Virus record (IMG/VR): IMGVR_UViG_3300035698_034156 | Length of the DNA: 64,000 bases | Origin: an uncultured virus (IMG/VR IMGVR_UViG_3300035698_034156) | Lineage: Duplodnaviria; Heunggongvirae; Uroviricota; Caudoviricetes | Reading direction: 5' to 3' (one strand) | Shown: one piece after another, positions 38,637 to 48,135 of the stretch | Position numbering within the stretch: the stretch's first letter is position 1 | Layout: every line of letters begins with the position of its first letter | The notes under the pieces: model-generated | The model's database searches: none | Seen by the model: only the letters and a program-made list of their open reading frames with translations | Told to the model about the DNA's origin: nothing | Translations under genes and position numbers: made by a program

Positions 38637-39348
38637 TTATTATCCACCTCCACAATATCCGTATCCTCCTCAACAACCAAGACCACGCATTCCATTAGAG
38701 AAAGAAGAGGAACCATCTCCGTTTCTTCAAAAATGGAGAATACCAATAATAATTCTGATTGTGGGTCTCGGTGTAGCAACATACATGGAATGGATTGAAT
38801 GGATTTGGGTTGTTGCCGCGGTAATCATAATACTTATAATTTATTTAGTTACAGCTAGAATATCTATAAACCTTAAAAAAGATAGAAAAGAAGTTGAATA
38901 CAAGTTACCAGATATCAATGAAGAAATAAAAAAGATAATTGATGGGTTCGCACAAGAACGTCACTGGAGATTAGAGTTTGATTTAGAATGTAAAGTCACA
39001 GGAGACCCAGAACTAGGAACAACATCAATGTCACCAGGCACTATTTATTACCTTTTCAAAGCTCGAGACCAAGGAAAATTCAAATGGTTAATATTAAAAC
39101 AGTCACCGATTCATCACCAACAAAAAGGTTTTGGATTAATTGACATAAAACCGTTAATGGATAAACCTATTGAAACTAAAGAAATGACATGGTACGGAGC
39201 ATCAAAATACACTCAGTCAGATAGACCATCATACTACAATATTCCATCTAGACCTGTTAGAGGAGTTGTAAGCAGACCTGTTTATTCTTCCACAGAAGAA
39301 GAAGATGATTCAAAAACTGATGATAGTGAAACAGAAGAGGAATCTTAA
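38626..39348 (+). CDS. two-TM protein with Pro-rich N-terminus, directly upstream of the ATPase
   Basis: Two TMs then a soluble domain. Confidence 0.65.
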   Translation: MVDDYYPPPQYPYPPQQPRPRIPLEKEEEPSPFLQKWRIPIIILIVGLGVATYMEWIEWIWVVAAVIIILIIYLVTARISINLKKDRKEVEYKLPDINEEIKKIIDGFAQERHWRLEFDLECKVTGDPELGTTSMSPGTIYYLFKARDQGKFKWLILKQSPIHHQQKGFGLIDIKPLMDKPIETKEMTWYGASKYTQSDRPSYYNIPSRPVRGVVSRPVYSSTEEEDDSKTDDSETEEES

Positions 39349-41781
39349 ATGAGCCTTTTGAGAAGCTCTGGTAAAAAATATAAGAAAAAAGTGCGGTTTG
39401 TACCTAAAAATACTGTTTTCATGAACGAATCTGTTTCATTCAAAATAAGTCAGAAAGAAGGCACGCATATGATGATACTAGGAAAAACGCGTGAGGGAAA
39501 ATCTCTGGATTATAAGACAAAAGTCATAATTAAGTATAAAGGTAAGTTGTTTATTGACACCATTGGAAATATTTATGTTAAATTTAAAGGGAAGGAAATC
39601 AGTGCGTTGTCAGTTGATAATAAAACTTTGAAAACTGTTTTTAGGAAAATTTATGAGGTTACGAAGCATTCTGCTAGTAATTTGGTGAAGGTGAAGACTG
39701 TTGGTGGTAAAGAAGTAATTGCTACGAAGGACCATTCGTTTCTGGTTCATGATGGTGTTGGTTTGGTTCCGAAGCTGGGTTCTGATTTAACGGTTAATGA
39801 TTTGTTGCCTGTGATGGATAGAACTTGTTTTAGAAGTTTGAACAGTCATGTTAAAATTGGTGATAAGAAGATTCCTTTGGATTTTGATGCTGGGTTTTTC
39901 ATGGGGTTATGGATTGCTGAGGGTAATGGAACGGAAACATCTATTGTTGTTAGTCAGAATGATATGAAGGCAACGGCAAAATATGTTAGTTGTTTGAAAA
40001 AACACGGTTTTCCTAGCAGAATTGCAAATTACAAAAACAACTGTCAACGAATTGTGAGTAATAATAAACATCTTTCTGAGTTCATGAAAAAGAATTTCGG
40101 GGACATTGCTAAAAATAAGAAAATAGCGGAATTCTGTTTTTTTTCACCGAAAGAGTTCAGGAAAGGTTTGTTATCAGGCATCTTCACAGGGGACGGGATA
40201 TTTTGGTGTGGTAAAAGAGGTGTTGGAAAAAGTGGTAGCAGTTTTTCACTTCTTTCCAAGTCACAGGACTTGGTTTTAGGAGTGGATATTTTATTGTCAG
40301 GGTTCGGTATTGGAACTACATTCACACAGAAAACGAGGAAGAAGTATGGTGTATTTTATGTTTGTAGAATAATGGATAGTTATTTGAAACAATTTAACAA
40401 TGTTGTAACCATATTCCATAAAAAAAACGATAATTTACAGAGAAGGTTGTCGTGGCAGAACGGTTCTTCGGTTCTTCACAACATGGTGAGAAAATATCCG
40501 CTGGGCAGAGATTTTAACAAATTAATTTCAATGAATGGGTGGACAACGAGGAAATCTCCTCATAGGAGAGATTCAGCAAAAGTTCATGTTTTAGTTAGAA
40601 GAGGGTGGATTGGTCACGATTGTTTGGAAAATATTTTAAAAGATTTAAAGAAGAAAAATAATCCAATCTATAAAAAGTATGTTTCTTTTTTGAATTCGGA
40701 CGTGTTTTTTGATAAGGTATCTAAAATTACTGATGTGAAAGGAAAACATGATGTGTACGATTTTTCAGTGGAAGGAAACGAAAATTTTGTTTTGGCTAAC
40801 GGGGTTTTTGTTCATAATACATATTGTGCGCTTATTATGTGTAATCAGTATCCTGCGGCAATGTTTTTTGACCCACAGAGACGTGTGAGAGAAAATCTTC
40901 AGGCGCAAAACGAAGATGAAAATTGGGTTTACTATAAGGTTGGGGAAGGACCATGTGAATCTTGTCAGACGAGATTTAAGATGAAGGTTTCTGACCTTCA
41001 CATAAGATTTGTTGATTCTTGTTATTATTCAATGCAGGATAAAACACGAAAGATTAATTTAGCGTTAAAAGAATTTTTGAGGAAACCTGATTCATTTAAA
41101 ACTTATAATAATTTGATGATTTGGTTAACGGAGAAATATAAGTATCATATGGTTTGGGAAATGTTGAAAGTTGTTCTTGCAGAGAATGATAGTGAAGCAG
41201 TGGATTTGAAAAAATTACAATCAGAAGTAAAAAGTGTTATTGATATTGCAGAGGTTGGGGAGCAAAGCATTCTTCCAGCAGTTATAATTGAATCAATTAT
41301 TGGGTGGAGACAGGATAGAAGATTTAAGTGTAAGGGAAAACCTTTGGTTATTGCTATTGATGAGTGTCAGAGGTTCGCAAAACAAAACACTTTTTCTGGT
41401 AAAGCTTTTTCTAATGTGTTTGAAAGAGCTGGAGTATTTAATGTTACTGGAATGGTTGTTGGAACGCATCAAGCAGAGCTAATGTCAGGTATTAAGAATA
41501 ATGTAAAAATTTTAATTTTGTTCAGAGTATCTTTTGATTTGAAAACTATTTCTTTGTATTATGGTTTTGACGTGTTTTTTGATGATATGGAAAAGCTTCC
41601 GACAGGAGAGAAAGGTTGGTGTTTGTACTTCAATGAACCAGAGGGAGTTGTTACTCCTAGAACAGTTCATGTGGATTCATATTATCAAAGTTTATTGGAA
41701 GAAGAGGACGAAAACGATGATTTAGTTCGGTTTCCGAAAGAAAACATCAAGTATTTGTTCAAGAATCAAACAAAAATTTAG
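39349..41781 (+). CDS. HerA/FtsK/A32-superfamily P-loop ATPase (371-aa extein) with intein
   Basis: Walker A GKTREGK|T, FFDPQ, Walker B LVIAIDECQRF, GTHQ....IKNN...ILFR. Confidence 0.85.
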   Translation: MSLLRSSGKKYKKKVRFVPKNTVFMNESVSFKISQKEGTHMMILGKTREGKSLDYKTKVIIKYKGKLFIDTIGNIYVKFKGKEISALSVDNKTLKTVFRKIYEVTKHSASNLVKVKTVGGKEVIATKDHSFLVHDGVGLVPKLGSDLTVNDLLPVMDRTCFRSLNSHVKIGDKKIPLDFDAGFFMGLWIAEGNGTETSIVVSQNDMKATAKYVSCLKKHGFPSRIANYKNNCQRIVSNNKHLSEFMKKNFGDIAKNKKIAEFCFFSPKEFRKGLLSGIFTGDGIFWCGKRGVGKSGSSFSLLSKSQDLVLGVDILLSGFGIGTTFTQKTRKKYGVFYVCRIMDSYLKQFNNVVTIFHKKNDNLQRRLSWQNGSSVLHNMVRKYPLGRDFNKLISMNGWTTRKSPHRRDSAKVHVLVRRGWIGHDCLENILKDLKKKNNPIYKKYVSFLNSDVFFDKVSKITDVKGKHDVYDFSVEGNENFVLANGVFVHNTYCALIMCNQYPAAMFFDPQRRVRENLQAQNEDENWVYYKVGEGPCESCQTRFKMKVSDLHIRFVDSCYYSMQDKTRKINLALKEFLRKPDSFKTYNNLMIWLTEKYKYHMVWEMLKVVLAENDSEAVDLKKLQSEVKSVIDIAEVGEQSILPAVIIESIIGWRQDRRFKCKGKPLVIAIDECQRFAKQNTFSGKAFSNVFERAGVFNVTGMVVGTHQAELMSGIKNNVKILILFRVSFDLKTISLYYGFDVFFDDMEKLPTGEKGWCLYFNEPEGVVTPRTVHVDSYYQSLLEEEDENDDLVRFPKENIKYLFKNQTKI
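39502..40818 (+). mobile_element. intein with LAGLIDADG homing endonuclease (439 aa)
   Basis: Starts SLDYKTKV, block B ATKDHSF, GLWIAEG and GIFTGDG motifs, ends VYDFSVEGNENFVLANGVFVHN followed by Thr. Confidence 0.95.
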
Positions 41782-41833
41782 TTAATAGTTCGGAAAACGA
41801 AAGGAAATCGTCATTATTCTGTTATAAGAGGAA

Positions 41834-42148
41834 TTATTGGTAAATTGATGTATAATAATCCCACGACTCATTTTTGAAATCGTGTCGTTTAAAGATTTCA
41901 ATCTTTCTTCTATTAACACTGTCAATGGAAATAACAAATTTTAAATGAGCACATTTCCATCTACTATACCCACGAGCTTGTAAAGTGTAAGCTCCAGGCG
42001 CAAGACCTAAAAACATTGAATCCCCAACTTCTTCAGGCGAAATACTTTTCACTGCCTTTCTATAAAACGGAAAAGAATTAGTTTTAGGTTTTAAATAAAT
42101 AGCTATTTGATATGAACTTATTCTTTCGTCCGTTGGATACTGATACAT
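41834..42148 (-). CDS. hypothetical protein
   Basis: ORF coupled to the AbrB-like gene. Confidence 0.5.
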   Translation of the reverse strand: MYQYPTDERISSYQIAIYLKPKTNSFPFYRKAVKSISPEEVGDSMFLGLAPGAYTLQARGYSRWKCAHLKFVISIDSVNRRKIEIFKRHDFKNESWDYYTSIYQ

Positions 42149-42336
42149 AAAACGCCGTCACCGCCAAGACTTTTTTTATCTAAATCCCATTTAATATATT
42201 CGTCTTTTTTAATATTCAAAGCTTCACATATAGGATTAGGAATACTAATATATGCATAAGAGTAACATGTTTTAGTTGGAGAATTAGCATCTTTTTTCCA
42301 TAAATGTTTAAAATAGATTTTTTTAATGAAAACCAT
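42118..42336 (-). CDS. AbrB/SpoVT-like DNA-binding protein
   Basis: YISIPNPICEALNIKKDEYIKW; likely start ATG 42336. Confidence 0.65.
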   Translation of the reverse strand: MVFIKKIYFKHLWKKDANSPTKTCYSYAYISIPNPICEALNIKKDEYIKWDLDKKSLGGDGVLCISIQRTKE

Positions 42337-42377
42337 AAAAAGATAAACATTAGACATTTATAAAAATATATAGGGTG

Positions 42378-42464
42378 TTTGGGTAAAATTTTACCCAAAT
42401 TTTCGCAGTTTTACCCAAATTTCCTAATTTTAAAAATTATACCCAAAAACCATTCCTTTAAATA
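42378..42464 (+). promoter_or_regulatory. palindromic operator and TATA box upstream of the probable major structural gene
   Basis: Perfect 22-bp TTTGGGTAAAATTTTACCCAAA at 42378-42399, further TACCCAAA copies near 42412 and 42440, CTTTAAATA at ~42456. Confidence 0.65.
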
Positions 42465-42589
42465 TTACGGGGATGAATTATAATTATAGCAGGTAGGTCG
42501 GGGTACGATTTCTTGCTACAACAAAAAAACAATATCTAAAAGAAGTAGCCGAAAGGTGAATTTTAGTAAGATATGGAGGTAGAACTAAC

Positions 42590-43600
42590 ATGGAAAGAAA
42601 AAACATTGTTGGTGGAATTCTCGTAATTCTTGTGCTAGGTATTTTGGTAACACAGCTTGGGTGGATTGATACCACTACAGGTGATATACCACAAGCAATA
42701 GCAAAAGATGAACCAGTAAAACCAACAGAAAAAGACGATACACAACCTAAGGTTGTAGTAACTTTGTCTGACGTAACTCTTGATGTAGCGCCGTTTGACA
42801 AATATGTGCCAGGTTCAACAATAGATGTTGAATGTGCCATCACAGCAGGTGGACAATCAATATTTGACACAGGTGCAATAGCATCAACCGATGCAACAGT
42901 TTCCCCAGGGGAATCATATATGTTGTATTGTTGGGATGACGGACAAACAACAGATTTATCAGGAACATCTATTACTCTTGATTCATCAAACGATTGGTAT
43001 GGATATATGACCTCAATCAAAATCCCATGGAGAACACCAGTAGTGTTTCCAACAGATTTCGTAACAAACTATATTGGAAGTTATAAGGAAGGGACTGAAT
43101 CAGTATATGTAAAAGACCCAACTGACACAACTAACACTTCTGCAGCACAGTACGACGCTGGAGCAGGAGACAAAAAGAACTTCACAATTTGTTTGGAAGG
43201 ACCTAGTATGGCATCATACGGAGACCCGTATGCAGCAGATACAGGTGTTGGAATGGAAATCGCTTTCGACTATAACACAGGACTTTATTCAAAAGTTTCA
43301 GTTATAGACGCAGAGAAAGTTGGAGTTCCAGATGTTAACATCGCAACTCTTGACACCGCGTATGAACTACCATTCTCAGCAGTAACAGATAACGAAACAC
43401 AATGTTTCAAAGTTAGACTTGAAATCAGGTCAGGAATAGCTCCAACCGATATAACAGCGGATGTAAACTATTTCATCTTTGACACAGCAATGTATTTCGA
43501 CTCAACAGCTGGAAATGGATTTAAATACGCAGTTGAAGACGAAGAAGATGCAACAGACATCGGACAAGGACACACAAAAAGAACCATCTATATTGAATAG
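42590..43600 (+). CDS. exported beta-rich acidic protein, probable major structural (envelope/capsid/surface) protein
   Basis: N-terminal TM/signal, GGAGGT SD, own promoter and own terminator. Confidence 0.6.
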   Translation: MERKNIVGGILVILVLGILVTQLGWIDTTTGDIPQAIAKDEPVKPTEKDDTQPKVVVTLSDVTLDVAPFDKYVPGSTIDVECAITAGGQSIFDTGAIASTDATVSPGESYMLYCWDDGQTTDLSGTSITLDSSNDWYGYMTSIKIPWRTPVVFPTDFVTNYIGSYKEGTESVYVKDPTDTTNTSAAQYDAGAGDKKNFTICLEGPSMASYGDPYAADTGVGMEIAFDYNTGLYSKVSVIDAEKVGVPDVNIATLDTAYELPFSAVTDNETQCFKVRLEIRSGIAPTDITADVNYFIFDTAMYFDSTAGNGFKYAVEDEEDATDIGQGHTKRTIYIE

Positions 43601-43620
43601 ATGAATTAATACGTCTCAAT

Positions 43621-43663
43621 GAAGAGGGATGGAGCTTCGGCTCCTCCTCACTTCCTTTTTTTT
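43621..43663 (+). terminator. hairpin with cUUCGg loop followed by T8
   Basis: GGAGC-TTCG-GCTCC stem, extended GAAG/CTTC pairing, then TTTTTTTT. Confidence 0.8.
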
Positions 43664-43689
43664 GAGAGACTTCAAGGGGTAGGTTAAGG

Positions 43690-45525
43690 TTGAAAAAAGA
43701 AATAGTGAAAAAACTGAGAAAAAACTCTAAATTAATTGCTATGGGTCTTATTTTTATTATATTTATTATCGCTTTATTAACTCCTCTTTCACCGTTTTTA
43801 GGAAGAATTGGGGAAGGTTTCACTGTTTTATCAATTAGTAATATTAATTTTACTGGGAATGACCCAGTTTTGAAAGATGATGTTTTTGCAGTTCATTTTC
43901 AGGAACGTGGAGCAGGACAATATTTAGAAGGAACTTATAGTGTTATTGATGAAGAGGATATATCTGATGCTACAGGTAAAGATGTAAGAAATAGTTTCGT
44001 GTTTGATATTAATCCTGATGATTATCGTTGTGCTTATGATATAACAGGTTCAACTGATATAAAAAAATATAAATATGATACAGTTGATGCTTCATGGATA
44101 GGAGCATTTTGTGTTTCTAATGAAGAAATAGAAGAAAAATGTGAAAAAGCATTTTCGGGAAAAGTAGTTTTAACAGGTAAATTACCTATTTCTTTATTTG
44201 AATGTAGAGGGCTTTGTGTAATGGAAAGCGTTGTTGGGAAGAAAGCTAATGTAGGAGCGGCACAATGGCGTTTTTCAACTGATTTCTTTTTACAGATAGA
44301 AGGGGAACCTCTTGCAACAGGAAGGATTTCTAATGCTACATCGGATGATTCTGGTTTAAGTGTTAGTTTACCTAAAAATAATCCTATAGCAAGAGTATTG
44401 TTTAATAGTGTTAATTGGCAGGGAACTCCTTGTGAGAATATAGGAGCTAATTATGTTGCGGTTTCAAGCGATGATAGAACATGGCATATACTTGACAAAG
44501 ATTATTGGAATCAATATATTTCAAGAAGCGAAATTGTGAATGATTATATGAATGATTATGATTTTAGAGACCTTGCTGACGGAACTATATTGAAAAGATT
44601 TGAAACTAGTGTGAATAATCAAAAAGCTTCTGTAAGTAAAGTATTAAGTTATAATAAATTACAAACAGATAGTGGTTTCAGGGTTTATACAGGAGATAAA
44701 AGTTTTATTTACTATATTCCATCAAAACCACTTTGGATACCAGAATACGTTCTTTACATTAAAGCGGATGAACTCGAGGTTTATCAACCTTGGACATTAC
44801 CAAAAATTATGGAAGTAAGAAAACTTCAAGAAGCACATGCTTCTGGAACAGTAATGGATTTGTATGTTACAGTTAAAAATGAAGGTGATGATGGAACTGT
44901 TTTCGTAAAGGTTTCGTGTCCTGGCGGAGTTTTCGCAGAACCAGAAGAAGGATTTAATCCGTTTATTGCGAACGGAAAAACAAAGATTTTGAATTTCAAA
45001 GTTCGTTCAGATTGTTCAAACGAAATAACCAGAGAATGTAGTATTATAGCAAGTTCTTTACAGGGAGATAGAGATATTGAATCGTTTAAAGATATTTGTA
45101 AACCAGCTTATACTTGTAATCTTGGTGATAGAAGATTAGAAGGACCATACGATAATTTGTGTCAAATTTGTGGTGGAGATGAAGCGTGGCATACAGAATT
45201 AGATTGTGATAGAGAACAATGTAACTTTGATGAAAGCGGTGGCTATAAGTGTGATACAGATGACGATGATGACGATGACGATATTACATGTCCAGAAGGA
45301 ACTTCTTTAGCACGGCATAGATTAGGATGTGTAGGACCTTTTTGTGTTTACGATAAGTATTCATGTGTTCCAGATTGGCAGGCTATGATTATGCAAAACC
45401 TAGGATTAATTGTTGGTTTAGTTGTTTTATTGATAGTTGCTTTAATAGTTGGAATTAAACTCACTAAGAAAAAGTCAGTAAAAAAACCAACAAAAAAGAA
45501 AGCAAAAAAAGTGCGGAGGAATTAA
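43690..45525 (+). CDS. fsx1: archaeal fusexin (Fsx1; HAP2/GCS1-class membrane fusogen)
   Basis: Colinear with my recollection of Fsx1: TVLSISNI..DDVFAV; FxxxxxLQ..GRISN; PEYVLYIKADELEVYQP..PKI; TVKNEGD.G....SC..G.F; TCNLGDRRLE; 611 aa with N-terminal signal and C-terminal TM. Confidence 0.85.
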   Translation: MKKEIVKKLRKNSKLIAMGLIFIIFIIALLTPLSPFLGRIGEGFTVLSISNINFTGNDPVLKDDVFAVHFQERGAGQYLEGTYSVIDEEDISDATGKDVRNSFVFDINPDDYRCAYDITGSTDIKKYKYDTVDASWIGAFCVSNEEIEEKCEKAFSGKVVLTGKLPISLFECRGLCVMESVVGKKANVGAAQWRFSTDFFLQIEGEPLATGRISNATSDDSGLSVSLPKNNPIARVLFNSVNWQGTPCENIGANYVAVSSDDRTWHILDKDYWNQYISRSEIVNDYMNDYDFRDLADGTILKRFETSVNNQKASVSKVLSYNKLQTDSGFRVYTGDKSFIYYIPSKPLWIPEYVLYIKADELEVYQPWTLPKIMEVRKLQEAHASGTVMDLYVTVKNEGDDGTVFVKVSCPGGVFAEPEEGFNPFIANGKTKILNFKVRSDCSNEITRECSIIASSLQGDRDIESFKDICKPAYTCNLGDRRLEGPYDNLCQICGGDEAWHTELDCDREQCNFDESGGYKCDTDDDDDDDDITCPEGTSLARHRLGCVGPFCVYDKYSCVPDWQAMIMQNLGLIVGLVVLLIVALIVGIKLTKKKSVKKPTKKKAKKVRRN

Positions 45526-45526
45526 T

Positions 45527-46003
45527 ATGGTAGGGTTTATAGTAACAATAATAGGATTTATTGTAGCTCTTTTTATTATGGCTTTTTTAATGATAATAAC
45601 GCCGTTTATGATTCCAGTGTTCGTTGGATTAATTTTCCTATTAGCTTTCTTTGTGTTAAAAGATAGTGATATAGTTCTGTTTGAACATATAGGGGAAAAA
45701 CATAGTATCAAAATTACATTACAAATATTACTTTTAATTGTTGGAGCGTTGTTTATGTCAATGGCTTTAATTGGGATGAGCATTCCAGAATTTGTTGGAG
45801 CAACAATAACAGGAGTTAATGTAACTACAGGTTCAGCAACTGGAGGAGGAGAGTTAGTAGAATGGGCTTTTATTCCAGATGGAGTTAAACCAGCAAGTTT
45901 TACTTCAATGATTATAGTATTAGTATCTAGTTTTACAATTATTTTTGCCCTCACAAAATATTTTGGAGACGACAAAAGTAATAAAAGGAGGAAGAAAAAA
46001 TGA
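45527..46003 (+). CDS. four-TM membrane protein
   Basis: Hydrophobic segments; directly follows fsx1. Confidence 0.7.
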   Translation: MVGFIVTIIGFIVALFIMAFLMIITPFMIPVFVGLIFLLAFFVLKDSDIVLFEHIGEKHSIKITLQILLLIVGALFMSMALIGMSIPEFVGATITGVNVTTGSATGGGELVEWAFIPDGVKPASFTSMIIVLVSSFTIIFALTKYFGDDKSNKRRKKK

Positions 46004-47712
46004 ATAAAGTTTTAGTTTCATTGTTCCTGATTCTCTTGATGGTGGGAGTTTCAGCGGAGACAACAATTAAGGAAGTGAGTGATTTAGATTATTATATTGG
46101 AAACTTTTTTTCATCAATTCCAACAGGAACCATAGTTCCAAATAATTATGACGTAAAAGCAGGAGCAAAGTTATGTCAATATTTTGAAGTTGACCCTTGT
46201 ATAGTTCCAAGTGGTTGTTATCTTTCGTATTGTAAGATAGGTGCAAACGAAATTAATATTCATATTAAAAAAAATGGTGCAGGAAGTTATTTAGTTAATG
46301 AAACTAAAAAGATTTTTGTTCCTTATACAGCGTGTGGAAGAATAAAAAGATATTTGTATTGTGTAGATATTCCAAAAAGCGCTTCAGCTGGAGATTATAG
46401 GTCTTGTTATTCGTTTGATATTAAGACAGGTTCAAACATTTATACTACTGTAACGTCAAAGTGTGACCATTTTACAATTAAATCAGCACCAACATGTTCG
46501 ATTGAAGGTAAAATTACATCCAATGGTAAAAATGTTGTTGGAGCAACTGTGGGTTTCGGAACTTCACAGTGGGGTTTAACTAATACTACAACAAGTAATT
46601 TTCTTGGAAATTACAAAATAAGTAATGCTCCATGTTCGACTAGTAGAAGCGTTTCAGCTTGGAAAATAGGTGAGTTTACACTTAAAACTAAACCAGTTTC
46701 TATTAACGAAGGAATTAATAAATTGGATTTTACTATGAATCCGATGTCGTATAAGATAAGTGGATATGTTAAGTCAGAGAATAATAGAGGATTAAGTGGA
46801 GCAACTGTTAGATTTAATGGAAAAGATGTAAAAACAAGTTCATCAGGATATTATAAATTAACATTTTCAGACGGATATTCAGGACCTCTAAAAGTTATGG
46901 CGAGCGGATATAAAACTCAATCCATTATGTTATCATTGAGTGGGGTTATGACACACAATTTCAAACTTGTATCAAACGCCCAAGATTGTGATACAGGTCC
47001 AATTGGAAACCCTTATTGTGATGGAACAAAAGTTGTTCAAAAACGTCAGGAATGTAATCCAAGTAGAGAACTAATAAATGTAATTAGAGATTGTTCAGAT
47101 AATTCAAGGGTTTGTAATAGTGGAGAATGTGTTACAACTTGTGAAGAAGGTTTCAGTGGAACTAAATATTGTAATGGGCAAAATGTAATGCAATACTATA
47201 ATACATGTAATCCTGATAGAAGTGAAGAAAAAGTTTTTACAACTTGTTCTGAATCAGAAGTTTGTGAATCAGGAGCATGTGTTGAACCTGTTTGCACCGA
47301 TGAACTATCATATTATTGTGTTGGAAAAAATAAATGGGTAGAAAAATGGGAATTATTAAACGGTGTTTGCACTGAAAAATCAGAAATATCAGAAAAATGT
47401 GTGAACGCTTGTCAAGACGGAGTTTGTATTGGCGGAGGATGTGACTTAGAAGGTTATCCAAACGAAACAGAATGGGTGCCAACAGGTCAATGTGTCGCTG
47501 GAGATGAAGAGGAGAAAGGGGGAGAAATATACAGGAGAGAAGTAACATATCTTAACCAAGACTGTGATGAAGAAACAAAAACCGAGACAAAAACTGTTGT
47601 TTCCATGAATTGTATGGGTGGAATACCATTATGGATGTTAATAGCAATTGGCATTGTATTCGCAGGAACATTTGGTTTCATAGGATATAGATACTTAAAA
47701 AATAAAAAATAA
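46000..47712 (+). CDS. Cys-rich surface protein with two carboxypeptidase-regulatory-like domains and C-terminal TM
   Basis: IEGKITS.G.NVVGATV, ISGYVKS....LSGATV...T...GYY, Cys-rich repeats, TM plus basic tail. Confidence 0.8.
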   Translation: MNKVLVSLFLILLMVGVSAETTIKEVSDLDYYIGNFFSSIPTGTIVPNNYDVKAGAKLCQYFEVDPCIVPSGCYLSYCKIGANEINIHIKKNGAGSYLVNETKKIFVPYTACGRIKRYLYCVDIPKSASAGDYRSCYSFDIKTGSNIYTTVTSKCDHFTIKSAPTCSIEGKITSNGKNVVGATVGFGTSQWGLTNTTTSNFLGNYKISNAPCSTSRSVSAWKIGEFTLKTKPVSINEGINKLDFTMNPMSYKISGYVKSENNRGLSGATVRFNGKDVKTSSSGYYKLTFSDGYSGPLKVMASGYKTQSIMLSLSGVMTHNFKLVSNAQDCDTGPIGNPYCDGTKVVQKRQECNPSRELINVIRDCSDNSRVCNSGECVTTCEEGFSGTKYCNGQNVMQYYNTCNPDRSEEKVFTTCSESEVCESGACVEPVCTDELSYYCVGKNKWVEKWELLNGVCTEKSEISEKCVNACQDGVCIGGGCDLEGYPNETEWVPTGQCVAGDEEEKGGEIYRREVTYLNQDCDEETKTETKTVVSMNCMGGIPLWMLIAIGIVFAGTFGFIGYRYLKNKK

Positions 47713-47727
47713 ATTGGAGGTAATAAA

Positions 47728-48135
47728 GTGGATATTAAAAAAACAATAAAAAATTTAGATTCGAAAGAGAAAATATATGCATCTATATTTTTAGGCGCAT
47801 TAATTTATGCTTCAATAGTGTCTTATGTTAACCATCTTTTTTTCACTGTTGAAATGGGAGTTATGTGGTTAGCAATTGCATTTATTGGAATTTTGCTTTA
47901 TTTCGTAATGATATCAATTAAGCCTAAAATAAATCAGTACATTAATGTTGGTGTAAGTGGATTTTTGTCATTAATTTTGTATAATATATTATACAGCGTT
48001 TTCTTTGAAGCAACTTTAACACCAATAGAAAGATTTATTTCACTGTATCCGAATACATTGTTTGATTCTGTAATAGTATCAGTATCAGGAATGTTAATGT
48101 TGTGGTATTTAAATGGAATAAATAAAAGAAAGTGA
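47728..48135 (+). CDS. four-TM membrane protein
   Basis: Hydrophobic; GGAGGT SD. Confidence 0.7.
   Translation: MDIKKTIKNLDSKEKIYASIFLGALIYASIVSYVNHLFFTVEMGVMWLAIAFIGILLYFVMISIKPKINQYINVGVSGFLSLILYNILYSVFFEATLTPIERFISLYPNTLFDSVIVSVSGMLMLWYLNGINKRK

Noticed and set aside
42484..42589. Structured leader as a tRNA, ribozyme or riboswitch
   Set aside because: No cloverleaf or known catalytic core recognised; kept only as a structured 5' UTR
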